From: Chrysomallon squamiferum
Taxonomy: Eukaryota > Animalia > Mollusca
Assembly: GCA_012295275.1 (NCBI GenBank)
Contig: CM022673.1
Location: forward strand, 20,832,001 to 20,896,000
DNA: 64,000 nt
Direction: 5' to 3'
Below, in pieces: positions 1 through 13,299 of this stretch. Position numbers and translations under genes: made by a program. The notes beneath the pieces are model-generated. The model saw nothing but the letters and a program-made list of their open reading frames with translations. It was not told where the DNA came from and searched no databases. The number at the start of each line of letters is the position of its first letter. Within the stretch, counting starts at the first letter, position 1.

Positions 1-144
1 TTGGCCCTCTGCCAGACTAAGACTGGCAAGTATCACAACAAAGTATGTTTATATTTATTTAACATTTATATTTATATACTAAATTAATTAGATTTTTGTT
101 TCTTAAATTGTAATAGATTTTAATAGTTTGTTTGTTGTTTGTAT

Positions 145-182
<38 letters not shown>

Positions 183-758
183 GATACTCAACCAATAGTA
201 CTAAGCCTTTATGTATAATTTATGAACTTTCAAGTACATTTTTAAAACAAAATTGATATATTTAATGCAGGGTTGCAAAGAATCATTGAAATCATGGATT
301 GACAGTAAAAGTATCATCCTCATTGGCATTGGCTGCGGCATGGCTGGACTTCAGGTAAGATTCTTACAGCAGTTTCATCTTTTATTCTTCTGTTTTATAA
401 TTTTTGATATTATTTATATTTGTATACAGGAGCTTGCGAGAACAAGTTAGTTCATTTGACAAACAATTGATATTGATGATGTGTGTGTGTGTGTGCAAAA
501 TGATTTTGTTCTTAATATTGTTTTTAAGCATAATTGCTATATTAAATATTGAGAATATTGTTCTTTTAAAATTCAAATAATTAATAATAGCACAGCATTG
601 TTTTATTTTCTAATAATAATACACATAGCCAGTTATTGTACTTACTTCTGTTATTTTTATTTAACTGATTCTATTTTAATTTTTATATTACTTTTTTTTA
701 GATTTTTGGACTTATCTTTGCAATTTTCCTTTGTCGTAAAGTCGACAAAGAAGAGTAA
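1..758 (+). CDS. Tetraspanin, 3' end (exons 1-42, 271-354, 702-758; 5' part lies outside the window)
   Basis: The spliced frame reads LALCQTKTGKYHNK|GCKESLKSWIDSKSIILIGIGCGMAGLQ|IFGLIFAIFLCRKVDKEE*. This shows the end-of-EC2 GC motif, TM4 with a polar Q and a juxtamembrane Cys, with GT-AG phase-0 introns. Typical tetraspanin C-terminus. Confidence 0.85.
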
Positions 759-3700
759 TAATTATCTCCATGACAACAGAATGATCAGCACAAGGGATGA
801 AGATGGAATGGCATCATTAGTAAAGCTTTGAGTCAACAAAATGTATTATGTTTATCTTTTAATTTGTCCACGAAAACTAGAACTGCCATCATATATATAT
901 ATAAATGCTTAGAAACACCAATAATATTAACAGTAGAATTCCATTTCAGATTGCTGTGGTTGGTTAGACCATGCTATTGCCTATTAGAGGTGATTATCAT
1001 TAAAAAAACAGTTCACAGAGAGACAGCTGTGAAATTTTACACCAGTGAACCTCTTCATTTCTAATAAAACCTGTTTTATTTGATTCATCATTGCTGTATC
1101 TCACAATAATACTGATATTTAATTACATTATTAATATTATTGCACTTTTTGCATGAAATAACTTGTTTTACATTTTTTTTTCCCTCTATAGTAATAGTAA
1201 TATAACAGCAAAAATTTATTTTTATGAACCTTAATAAAATTATGGATATTCAGTGATTTTGAATAAACTCATATTAATTCATTTATAAGCCATAGGCCAT
1301 TTAGAAATTTTAGGAGATCCTCTTTCCACTAACATCACAAAAATATATGAAACAAATCCAACAAATTTAAGTAAATAATTTTTTTTCTAATAAACTGTTC
1401 TTATTACTATCATAAAACATTTTTTTAATAATTTTGTGATTATAGTAGTAATTATAGATGTCATATTAACATTGTAATGAAAGAAATTAGTCATAAAATG
1501 TAATTATCACTATATTCTTCAGATATTAGAATCTCATTTCTTTCTCAAATTTAAGATCTAATAATTTACAAAGAAATTCATATAAACTTGTTAATTTTTA
1601 CATGTTTATTTTTGGAATCATGGTTATTTTCATTTATTTATCATTTTTTTCATGCTATTCGCCAACTTGAATTTTATTGTTATTATTAGTGTTTTTCTGT
1701 TTATGTAGATGTGGTAATGTAAGTTTTATTTCCATTATTTTATATATACATTTTCAATGTCACTGCTTTGACAGATCATCTTTTATAACAGTTTTTTTAT
1801 ATACATTTGTTTTATATATTTTTTTTATATTAGTATTGTTTATGTTTTTTAAACAATCAGATTAGGATTAATTAATTTTAAAATATTGAGTTATAATTAA
1901 CACTTAAGATTTTCAAATTGTTATTAACTGATGATAATTTGAATATTTAGATTTGTCAATTAAGTTTTTGAAAAGGGTTTTTTCTTCAGTTAATATTATT
2001 ACGTTAATAATTATGTGTAATACAGTTGTTGTATTTATTGATAACTGATACACATAGAGTAAATATTTATTGGTAAGGCTAGTTCATGTGCAGTGGTATA
2101 CAGAAGATTGTAGTTTCTTTTATCAGCACACTTTTGTATTAAATTATTTTAAATAGTGGCCATGACAGAAAAATAAGATACAAATGTTGATAGATATTTG
2201 AAGATTATGTTTTTGTTGTTATCCCTGCAGAATTTTGAAAAACAATATTCAATTTTAAAACATTTCAGTGACAAAAATGTTAATGTTTGAATCTCATAAA
2301 TTACCATGGATTTTTTTTTATTCTTTTTTATTCCTTTTTTATAATTTTTTTTTCTTTTTTATTTGAAAGTGGAATTGTTAAAAGGATGAAACGGGTTTGC
2401 CTTTGAATGGACTGTATGGTCACTATAATTATTGCTTACTAGTCACTTATTGTTTTGCTCATTTGCATATGTGTAAATATTTGCATACTGATAATCATGA
2501 CCTCATTTCTTTAATATTTTTATTTAAGAAATCCTTTGTCCATAATAGTTACAAAAATTAATAACTTACAGAAACATTTAATTAGTTTTATATACAGTTT
2601 TTGTCTTTTTATAGAAAACCCTAAATTTTAAATGTTTTTACTGTTGTGGCTTGATTTTTCACAGAGCTTGTCTTTTGTACTAAAGTACTGTTAAGGGTTC
2701 AGTACTGAAATAAATGATAATACTGAATACATGTTGCAGTCGGTACAAAACAAGACATTTTGTTGAACATTTGCTCATATGTGCCATTGCTTCGTTAGTT
2801 TTCATTAAAGCAATTACAGTGTACTCGTGTGGTATTTTAGAAAACTGGTTATTCATCTTTATCTTTATATTGTGGTGGTTTTCAGTGATTTATAAGCTTT
2901 ACACATTTTGTTAATTCTTTTAAAAATGTCTTTCTTCTAAAATTAATATCATGGAAACACGAAAGTTTCATGATTTTTATCAGTTGTGGCTTGGAACTAT
3001 CTTTTTATTTATTTATTATGAAAATAATGATTGAAGCAATTAATTCATTAAGTGAATGATTAATTTTTTATGTTTAATTTTGTAATGGAAAAACACCAAA
3101 ACATTTTACTGAGGTATTAACATTATTTTTTTATTTTGCTCTTTTTGTAAGTAAAATTATAATCAATATTTTAAATACATTAATACATTACTCAGTCACA
3201 GATGAGTAATTAATTAATCCTTAAATACATTTATTCTTACAAAAATATGTACCAAACATTTATACTTTTTTCTTTTATATTTTTTCTTCTATCCCAAAAA
3301 TATCTGAGATTAATGTACAGTGCCTTAAAGCTTCCTGCAAAATGATCAAAGGGTATTTTTAGTTTGATTAATAATCACTATAATGAGTTCACATTACCCC
3401 AGATTAATGAATTTATTACAAAATATTATAATACTTTTTTTTTTTTTTTTCTAAACAACCACAGTGATAATGTTTATTGCAGAAATCTGAATCATGCAGA
3501 AATAAATATCTGGTTACTTACTCAAGATAGATGTGAGGTCATACTGATAAGTTATCTTCACAATTTTTTTTATTATTATTACAGAAATAGGCTCACTATT
3601 TTGTGATTTTTGTGATTTTAAGTCATTACTTACAGTTACATCATAGCATTTGCTCAATTTACTTTTCAAAAGTAAACAAAAGCAATACATTTAAAAAAAA

Positions 3701-6003
3701 AAAAATACTTTTAACAGAAAAAACTCAGCATTGAAAGAAATATTTTTTTAAATTAAAATAATATTTTGAAATTTTTTATTTATTCTTAATTTTTCTTATG
3801 AAAAGAAAATTTTCAAATTTATTTGCAAAGAAATGGTTTTAAAGTAATTATTTTTATCTATTTAAAAAAAAATAATAATAATAATTAGGCTGATGATTGT
3901 TATAATCATAACTGAAATGAATAAATGTATTTGAGTTAAGATAGTTTTTTTTTTTTTTAAATTATGATTCAAACTTTGCTCAAGCAAACTCAGGAAAGCT
4001 AAGATCTTTTGGTAAACAAAATCCGTAATTATAATATAAAAACACGTTTTTATTACAGTTGTTGAATAAAAAAATTCCTGCCTTTGATTCATAGTATTTA
4101 TGTAATTATTATTATTATAATTTCTTCTTTTTTTTTTTTCTCTTTTCTTGGCATTCTCTACACTTCGGCTATAGTTATTAATGAAAAACATGATCAAAAT
4201 AAAATTTGGTGTAATTTATTATAATGAATGTTAAAAATCTTTTTCTGACAGTCTGGTTGTACATGCACTTTTCAGATGATTTTATAATAAAGAATGTAAA
4301 CTAATTGTAATGATTTGTATTTAATAAATGTATTTCATGAAGTATCTCACAAGGAAAGATAATATTTCTATGTTTTAAAAGTTTTGAGTTACATTATTAA
4401 CACCTTAAGTTAAACAAGTCAAATGTCTTTCCAACATGTTTGTAATGTTAATTTTTGTCTTTGAAGATATATTTTTTTTAAAAGAAATAACACATAACAT
4501 TCATTTCAGGAAAAACTGTTTTATGTAAGTTTTCTAAATTGCCACAAATTAATCACTGGTATAGATTTATATGTATTTCATACCCCTTTCTAATTAAATT
4601 ATTATCTTTCAGAAGAATCATGCAAGGCATTGTTTTGTTTTATTATTTTAAATTTATTAAATTTAAAATATAAAAATAATTTAAAAAAACAGGAGAAACA
4701 GAGGGTTATTAATAAGACATTCCATTGTCCACAAACTTTATATTCTTTCAGGGTATTTAATTTCACTTTATTTATTATTTTCTGTATATAAATTGTGTGT
4801 TTTTACTTTAAACATTTATGGTTCAGAAAAATTACTTTTTTGTATAAAATGTAACTGAATGGCTTGATGTGAGCACATTTTGCAGAATTAATTTGATAAC
4901 TATGCCAAATTTTTAAGAAATAAAAATTAATGTTGTATCAGATTTTGTTACATTCAAACATTTTGGTGCATTGTGTTCAGATATCTTTTTCTTGTCGAAG
5001 TGCTTGCCATTGGCAATAAATGTGACTTTGTTTTCTTTTCTTATTACATACATTACCTTAGACTGCATTTACAATAGAGAGTTTTTGTAGTTGTCATTAA
5101 TTTTAAATTTTTTAAATTATTAATTTGTACTTACCCTACTACAGAGAGCTTAATTAAAAAAACAAGAAAAAACAACAACTTTAAAATATTTATTAATTGA
5201 TACACAATATTTAAGTAATAAAGTATTCTAATTTGTTATTAATTCAAATTTTATAAATCAACATAATTCCTCTCTTAATTGATGATTCAGAGTACTACAT
5301 TTCAAAATTAATTTTCAAAACATTCTTAAGTTAAGATCACAAATATTATAAATAAACATTAATAAACAATTATATAAAAAAAAAAAGAGTAAAATTATGG
5401 TATTTTTATTACTGATATTTTATCCATGGAAAAAGGTATGTTTTTTTTATTTTATTTTTTTAGTCAATGTAATTTCATTACAGGTGCTACTATGCTAGAG
5501 TAGTATAGGCAACAGTCAGTTATCTTATCTTGCCTATTTTATAGTCTTAATGCACTTTTTTACATACATTTACTCCATTTTTTCAGATGTAATAGTAGTT
5601 TGTGTATCAGTAAATCATTTAGCATGTTATTTAAAAATAATTAGGCTTAAATATTCTGATGGACATTTTTGTGTATTTTAATTGTTAACAATACTTGCTG
5701 AATGATCCAATTTATTTTTATTGGATTAAAATATAGTTTGATTAACTGGATGGCCGATACATTGTTATAATGATTTACAAATGCTTTATAATTCTTTGAG
5801 AAAATAATGTTATTAATTATAAAGCACAAAAAAAAATTAAGTTTTGAAAATCTGTATTTTTAATTATTTACAATCAAAATGTTTATATAAAAAAAAATGG
5901 TATATTATTTTTAAAATGTTTAATTATTAAAAAATATTTTTGTTCAGTCTTAAAATTAAGTTGATATATTTATATATGCTTATTTATTTTAAAACCTGTG
6001 AGA

Positions 6004-6232
6004 TTAAAAAAGAATTGTTTAATACAGGATTTTATAAAATGAGTATTACTTTAAAAAAAGAAAGTAGCAATAGAAATGTTCCATGACAACATAAAAATAT
6101 TGATTGAATTAAAATGTTCCAGGGATATAATATATAATATATAATCCTGATGATTTAAGTTCAGTTTTGTATGGTTATTATCAAAGTAATAAGTTTTAAA
6201 AATCCTGTATTGAACATAGAATTACTTTTTAA
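6004..6232. repeat. Imperfect ~50-bp inverted repeat (arms ~6004-6052 and ~6183-6232); MITE-like or 3'UTR hairpin
   Basis: The left arm ...gtttaatacaggattttataaaatgagtattacttt matches the reverse complement of the right arm aaagtaataagttttaaaaatcctgtattgaac.... Confidence 0.5.
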
Positions 6233-7186
6233 AGTAAATTTTGTAGTAGCAAAACATATATATCTTGACTGTTTGATATTTGTTGTGGTTTTCTAGAAAG
6301 TGGTTTTATTTGTGAATGTCAACATGTTGTGTAACTAATATTTTCTTATTTGTGACCGTCAATAAAAAAAAGAAAACAGAGGATTTTGTTGCACTTTTAC
6401 TTTGTAGTAGGTGGGATTTACAGAGATAACTCTTTGTTTCTGTCTTTTTGGACTTCATAAATTAATATGTGGATTATGTATAAAAAAGGTCAAGATTGAT
6501 TTTGTTTACATGTGCAATAATTTCAGAAATCTTAAAAGAAAGTAAATTTTATAAAATGAGTGAGAAGTATCAATCTACAGTGCTTAAAAAAAAATAATAA
6601 TAATAGTAAAATACTGATGTGCTGTTAAAAATCATTTACTTTAAGCATTAATTGAAAAATGAATGTTAGAAACATTAATTAGGAACCTCATCAAGTCAAT
6701 CTTTGCTTTCTTTTCTTGTTTAATGTTTCCCCATTTGAGGAACATTCTGTTTTTATTAGTCTCAGAAATTGTAATTATTAAATTTAAAAAAAAAAAAAAA
6801 GGGATTAAAAGAAAACCTGGGTATATTGTAAAGAAAAAGAAACAATCTTAATACCTTAAAAGTACTATCCATTTTACGTATCCAAATCAAGGAAAATACC
6901 CATGTAGCCATTAAAAACAAAATGAAACAACAACATTGATTGAGTTAACTTTTATTCTTAATAAAATCTTTATCAGCAGATTAAACAACATGACACAACA
7001 TTTATTCCTTCTGTTTTACTCAATTTTCCTTCCTCTGAACACAAAACTGAATACAGTGAAAAATGTTATCTGTTTTGAAGTCTTTACTTCAGATGATGAA
7101 CAGATGGTCTGCATTGCACTGCTTTTGTATTCTTCGGCACATCTAGTCCCATTCTGGTTTTCACTTTATTTCTTTGATGAGTCAAC

Positions 7187-9634
7187 TCAGTTTCCCTGTG
7201 GAATTTTCTTAGGATCTATTTTATCCAACTGTACTAATCTTATATCTTGTGAAGGAGAAATAACAATCAACTGGAATATTATTTTTTTTTTTGTAACTAA
7301 AATATCTCTTTCATATGAATTTGAAGTTAACAAGAAAAATAATAAAAACATTTACCTGAAAAAGTAATGTTTTTAAGGTATAAAAGTTTGCTATGTCCAT
7401 TGGTCCTGGATGTGAAAATACACTAACAATTACCTTAATTCTAAACTTAGAGAAACAATTGGTTCTTCAAATGTAAATCAAACTTTCTAGAAATAAATTA
7501 TGACAGTGTCAAAATAAAAATAAAAATTTTCATTAGTAATCTACCATAAAAAGTTATGTCAACTATGGTCTCTGTATTAAAAATTTAACATTTTGAATTC
7601 TTCAATCAAGTAAGCATTTTATGTGCTACAGAAATAGTTTGAAAATCTGCATAATTCAGAATCAAACAATTTGTTATTTTAAAAACTACAGATTAATCTG
7701 GACATCTTTTTAAAATCAATTAATCAGACAAACTACTGCTAAATCTCTGCCACTGAAAAGGATACGGCTTCAACTGTTCAGCAAAATTCTTCATTTCTTC
7801 ACCAATCTTGTCCTGGCCAGCAGGAGCAACCACACTGAGTTCCACTAGATGGGATGGAGACAGAGGTTCAAGGTTTGACATGTCAGTCTTCTCTGGCTGA
7901 AGCATCTGAGATAAAAAATAATTTAATCAACTGCAGGCACACAGGACTTTCTGTCACCTAATAATATATCAGCATTCAAACTAACTACATAAAACATAAA
8001 AATATTCAAAACTAGTAGGTTTAAAGAAGAATTATTTGAGATTGAAGTGTTGCATTTTAAATATTTGCTGATGAGTGCTGTAAAATACTTACTCTAAAAA
8101 TCTTAGAAACTGTTACTTTCATTCTTCCCTTGTGGAAAAAATGACCCTGAATGACATATTCATGGTCTAATCTGAGAAAGAGTAAAAAAAAAAAAAAAAA
8201 AATGGATTAGCAAATCTAATGGAAATATGTTACCTGAAAATCAAAAAACAAAAAAATTTCTAATCTATTAAATCATTAAAATATTTACTAGAATATTCGA
8301 ATTAATAATAATTATTTACCTAAATCCCATTTCATTAAGAAACTGCACAACATTATCTGAACATGCCACATCAAAGCAAGCTCGAACCAGGGTAGGTCTG
8401 TTTCCTATTTCAGGTTGACCTAAGTAACGTATGTGACTAAAAGAAAACATTTCCATAATAATGAAAATCTTTATATGGACATAAAAATTAATAAAGACAT
8501 TTGTTATCAAGTGCACTAAACACATCTCTACAGTTAAATTAATATTGTTCATTTATTTTTAAGTGTATGTTGCTGAATAATGCTTATATATTACTTAATA
8601 TGGTGCTATTACTGTGTTGTATTGATGTGCAAGGTCAATTTAAATTCTGACATATTTAACTGATCAAAAGAAAGGATTAAGAGAGATTTGAAAAATATAT
8701 ATACACAATAACAAACACCCAGTATTGGCTGCTATTTGTTATTTTAATGTTTCAAATTTAAATTTGTATTTCTTCATATCCATTATTTGCAATCACTGTC
8801 AGTTTTATTCAAGTAACAATGTAATTACTCACTGAGCAGCATCTGGTACATCAAGGGCTCGTCTCACTCGAAACAGAACAAAGTTTGTAGGCTGAGCTAC
8901 AAGGCCACCTATGTAACATATAAAAAAAAGATGTATATAAAAACACATAATGAAAACTGAGAAAAAAAAAAAAAGGATTTGACAATTCTTAAGTTTACAG
9001 CAAACATAACAATATATTTCACTGATTAAGTGGCTGAACTTTATAAAGGAGGAAATATTTTAAAAAATACAACAAATAAACAAAACTAAAAATTTAAAAC
9101 TACACAAATTGTTTCACATCACCAAAGTCTGTACTGAAGGAATTTCATTGTTTTCATAAAAAAAAAAAAAATTAAATAAATAAAGAAAACACTACCTTTA
9201 TTTAGGTATATTTTCTGTTATATGTAACCAGAAATAATGATCATTTGTTTTATTTTTATAATTAATAACTAGCTATCTACATTCTGTGTTCATAGACAAA
9301 AAAAAAATAAATAAAAAAAAAAAAAAAAATTAAAAATAAATAATAAAAAAAATATATATATATAAAAGAATATATTTAAAAAATGAAATAAAAAATGAAA
9401 TAAAATAAAAATAAATTAATAAAAGGAAAGCGGGAAAATATTGTATTTCTTACGTAATGTGAATACCATTTCATGGTCACTAAAAGTTTCTAAATTTCCA
9501 TCTGTGTTATCACAAAGTCCTCGTAGACGATGTAGAAGTATCTCTCTGTGTGAGTCAATAATTGTACCCTGGAGAAGATATTCCTGATGAGGTGCTATGT
9601 TGTACTTCAAACCAATGCTAAAGGTACTTTCCAT
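7187..9634 (-). CDS. MED18: Mediator of RNA polymerase II transcription subunit 18 (exons 9634-9454, 8908-8833, 8436-8320, 8171-8093, 7905-7766, 7238-7187; 214 aa)
   Basis: The spliced ORF contains EYLLQGTI...LLHRLRGLCDN...ETFSDHEMVF, HIRYLGQPEIG, FLNEMGFRLDHEYV.QGH.F.KG.MK, LVELSVVAPAGQD...EMKNFAEQLKPLVQLDKIDP. All are MED18 motifs, and exon phases are consistent (645 nt). Confidence 0.97.
7239..7765 (-). other. U12-type (minor spliceosome) GT-AG intron, last intron of MED18
   Basis: The 5' splice site is GTATCCTTTT. The 3' end is tttcTCCTTCACaagatataAG, a U12-like branch sequence about 10 nt from the AG with no polypyrimidine tract. Confidence 0.8.
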
Positions 9635-9670
9635 CTTAATACTAAAATAAAATAAAATCACAAAACAAAC

Positions 9671-9761
<91 letters not shown>

Positions 9762-9949
9762 GAACGTGTCAAAAGTTTCATAAAATAATTATTTCATAAA
9801 CTGTAATTTTAAATACTTCTACCACTAATTGTTTTTATTCTAAATGTTACTGGAATCAGGCCTAGAATTCTATTATTCTATATCCACAAAATTTGATATC
9901 GAACTTAAATAAATCGAAATTTTCAAATCCAACAAAACACAATTAATCT

Positions 9950-10200
9950 GAAATTACCTGACAGTTTTTATTACTTCATTATAATCAGTACGAAGGTGAA
10001 TTACTCATGAAACATTAAGAGATATTTATATTACAAAAGGTTATGATGTAAAATATAGTGTATAATATTTCATGATTTAAACAATTCGAAAAACGTCTGC
10101 CGGAAGCATCTATTTGGTTAGTTTACTCCGATGAAGAAAAGCTTTATCAAGGACGACAACTTTAAGTGACGAATCAAATCTGTTTCTGTTGTAAAATCTA
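9950..10200 (-). promoter_or_regulatory. Probable MED18 non-coding first exon and promoter
   Basis: Minus-strand donor CAG|GTAATT at ~9957, local CpG enrichment, and an ETS-like CCGGAAG at 10100-10106. Confidence 0.35.
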
Positions 10201-10222
10201 TTATTTCCATGGCGTAAATATT

Positions 10223-10269
<47 letters not shown>

Positions 10270-10438
10270 AATAAATAAAATAAATAAATAAACGGGAAAA
10301 AAAAAAAAAAAAAAAAAGAAAAAGGGATCCAGTCGGAACTACAGCAAGGAATTAGTAATCCTGTTATTTTATATATACATGAACTGGCCTGTCTTCATCC
10401 AGTCTCCGTCCTAATTATATCTAATATATTTACTAAAA

Positions 10439-10497
<59 letters not shown>

Positions 10498-10695
10498 TGA
10501 TTCAAATTTATTGCAGAGGCATCGAAAAACTTGTTGACTGTTAGGAAGGGATAAATAACAACGGGGAATACATTACTGATTAAATTACATCTTGTTATCA
10601 GTTAAGCTTAAGTTTTCTCCTATGTAATAACTAAATTTAAATTAACCGGAGTGACTTATTACTCAACCCCCCCCCCCAAAAAAAAAAAAAAAAAA

Positions 10696-10870
10696 AATAA
10701 TTGTATCCTGGAGCAGATATTCCTGGTGAGGTGCTATGTTGTACTTCAAACCAATGCTAAAGGTACTTTCATCTTAATACAAAAATAAAATAAAGTCACA
10801 AAACAAACTACAACTAACTAACTAACTAACTAACTAACTAAATAAATAAATAAAAATGAACGTGTCAAAA
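10696..10870 (-). pseudogene. Degenerate partial duplicate of the MED18 first coding exon plus upstream intron
   Basis: Close copy of 9556-9773, including the (CTAA)n/(AAAT)n tract and tgaacgtgtcaaaa. It has a 1-nt deletion next to the ATG and has lost one acceptor AG. Confidence 0.9.
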
Positions 10871-11562
10871 TTTTTTTTTAATTTTTTTTATTTATTATAG
10901 GAAATAAGTTGTTCTCCTTCATTTTATTAAAACATTTTAAATTTTAGATCCATAATTGTATTTTTTTAATATATAATCTTCTTTTAATATTATATATTTG
11001 CTTTAGTAACTACAATAGTTTCTCTTTTTATGATTGACCTCAATGAAATATTAGATAATTGGATAGCATTATGAACAAGGTTGCCGTTTCCTTAATCATA
11101 TGGTGTAAATTAGATCAAAAGTGTGTTTTTTGTGATTATGTTTTGTAAAACAAATATACATAGAAAATTTGGGGTATTTGGTATGGGGTAGTTTTACATA
11201 AAAGGATTATGTTAACAGAATACAATATAAGCTAAATAATAAATACACAAATAAAAGTAATAATAATGAAAAAAGATTTGTCAGGAAAGTACATGTAGGT
11301 AGACGTGTGTTTGATTCAAGAGGATTTCTTTATTATTAAGTTACCAAATAATATTTGGATGCTATATTTTCAGAAAATGCTTTAATCGTGTTAATAATCA
11401 GTGTCATTTTATCAACGTAAAATAATTTTCTGATGCGTTTTGTACTATTCATAACGAAAAAAAAGAGAAAAAAAAGAAGTTATTATTACCAACAGCAATT
11501 CATCTATCTTTCTATATATATATTGTAAACAAAACTCAACGCGCGCGCTCGCACACACACGC

Positions 11563-11598
<36 letters not shown>

Positions 11599-12039
11599 TT
11601 AGTTCTGTACCTAAGGTAAACAGTCTCCCGGTAGCTCATTTTTCAAGTATGAGTTTCCCTTATTAGCCACACTGAGGTGGGGGTGTTACCACTCACCGGG
11701 TGACTCCTTGTCGCTGTATTTCTGACTCTGTCTTGACCTTAGCTGTGTGTTGGAAGGTTAATTTTTAAAACTGGCATCTAGGATTCTGCTATGAAATTTG
11801 GGACAGTTATTTTTATTATCTGCATATATACGATTTTTTTTATTTTGATGAACCGTATAAATCTGCGTCCAAATTATTTTAGTATTCTAAATATATTCAA
11901 GTATATTACACAAGAAATGTACTTATATTTTATGACACTAAAGAAATATATTTTGGTATATACTGAATTCATAGATTAAACAACATGTATTTTATTCATA
12001 ATTTGGGATTGTTATAATTATATATATATATATAATCCA

Positions 12040-12666
12040 ACCCTCACTACCGATTTTCTCTTCCACATTCGTATACATACCGGCTCTCTGTATACCCATA
12101 CACAAGCACACTATCTTTCACACATTCATGTGTAAACCCATCCTTTCTCTAACTCATGCAAACACATATACCCACACTTTCTCACACGTGCATACGTATA
12201 TATCCACTCCTCCTTTCACTTTCTCAAACATACCCTTTCTGCAATATTCATACGCATACACAAGCGCCCTCTCTTTCACACTCATGTGTATACCCATGCT
12301 CTGTCTGAAACACACAAACAATAAACACTTTCTCATACGGATATACTCACTCATCCTTTCACATTGAAATGCTTACCCTTTTTCCAACATGCATACGCAC
12401 TCTTTTTCACACACTCTGAAACACACAAACACATATACACATAACTTTCTCACACGTGCATACGTATGTGCCCACTCCTCCTTTCACATTCTCATGCATA
12501 CCCCTTCTCCAGCATGCATATCCATACACAAGCGCACTCTTTCACACACTCATGTTATACACCATCCTTTCTCTCAAACGCGGAAACACGTATATACACA
12601 TTTTCTCACACGCGCATACTTTTCCTTTCACTTTCTAATGCATACCCATACATGAGCAGTCCCTTT

Positions 12667-12711
<45 letters not shown>

Positions 12712-12870
12712 CCATGCTCTCTCTCAAAAACGGGACAAATATACACATTTTCTCACGCGTGCGTACGTACATACACCCACGTCTCCTTTTACATTCGCAT
12801 GCATAGCCACTCACTGAAAATAAAGCGACACACCCACGTGGCTCACGCCTTATGCACACATGTGCACAAA
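12040..12870. repeat. Degenerate CA/CT-rich minisatellite
   Basis: Recurrent blocks such as ttctcacacgtgcatacgta..ccactcctcctttcac and acaagcgc.ctctttcacac at ~12180, ~12450, ~12600 and ~12750. The ORFs here are low-complexity His/Thr artefacts. Confidence 0.75.
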
Positions 12871-13299
12871 TAAATATCTAATCCTTCTTTAATAATTGCT
12901 CGCATTTCTAATAAAGCATAACAGTATTATGGAAAGTACACAGACAGAAATAATAATAAGAGTGAATAATAAGAGTGAATAAAGAATGAATAATTCTCTT
13001 TTAATGAAACTGTTTAGTGTTAGCCACTAGCATACATGCACTCTGCCATTCCCATTAAACATCCCCCATACACAAACCCACAAACGTACGTCGTCTTCCT
13101 TTGCTTTCTTATCAGAAGCGTTTTGTGAAAATATGCTTGTCGAAGAATATAACTTTAAATTTAAATCTTATGATACAGTAACTAGTCTAACTGAATCACA
13201 AATTTTCTAAATTATATTCTTATTATATAAACAGAAGTTTTCTCTTACTCTGTCCTGCCCGAAACGCGACTGTGTGTTTCTTGTCAACTACGTCTACAA

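Noticed and set aside
6936-7367. 143-aa plus-strand ORF
   Set aside because: Antisense to the MED18 last exon and 3'UTR, AT-rich, with no domain features.
12128-12873. Overlapping His/Thr-rich ORFs
   Set aside because: Artefacts of a CA-rich minisatellite.
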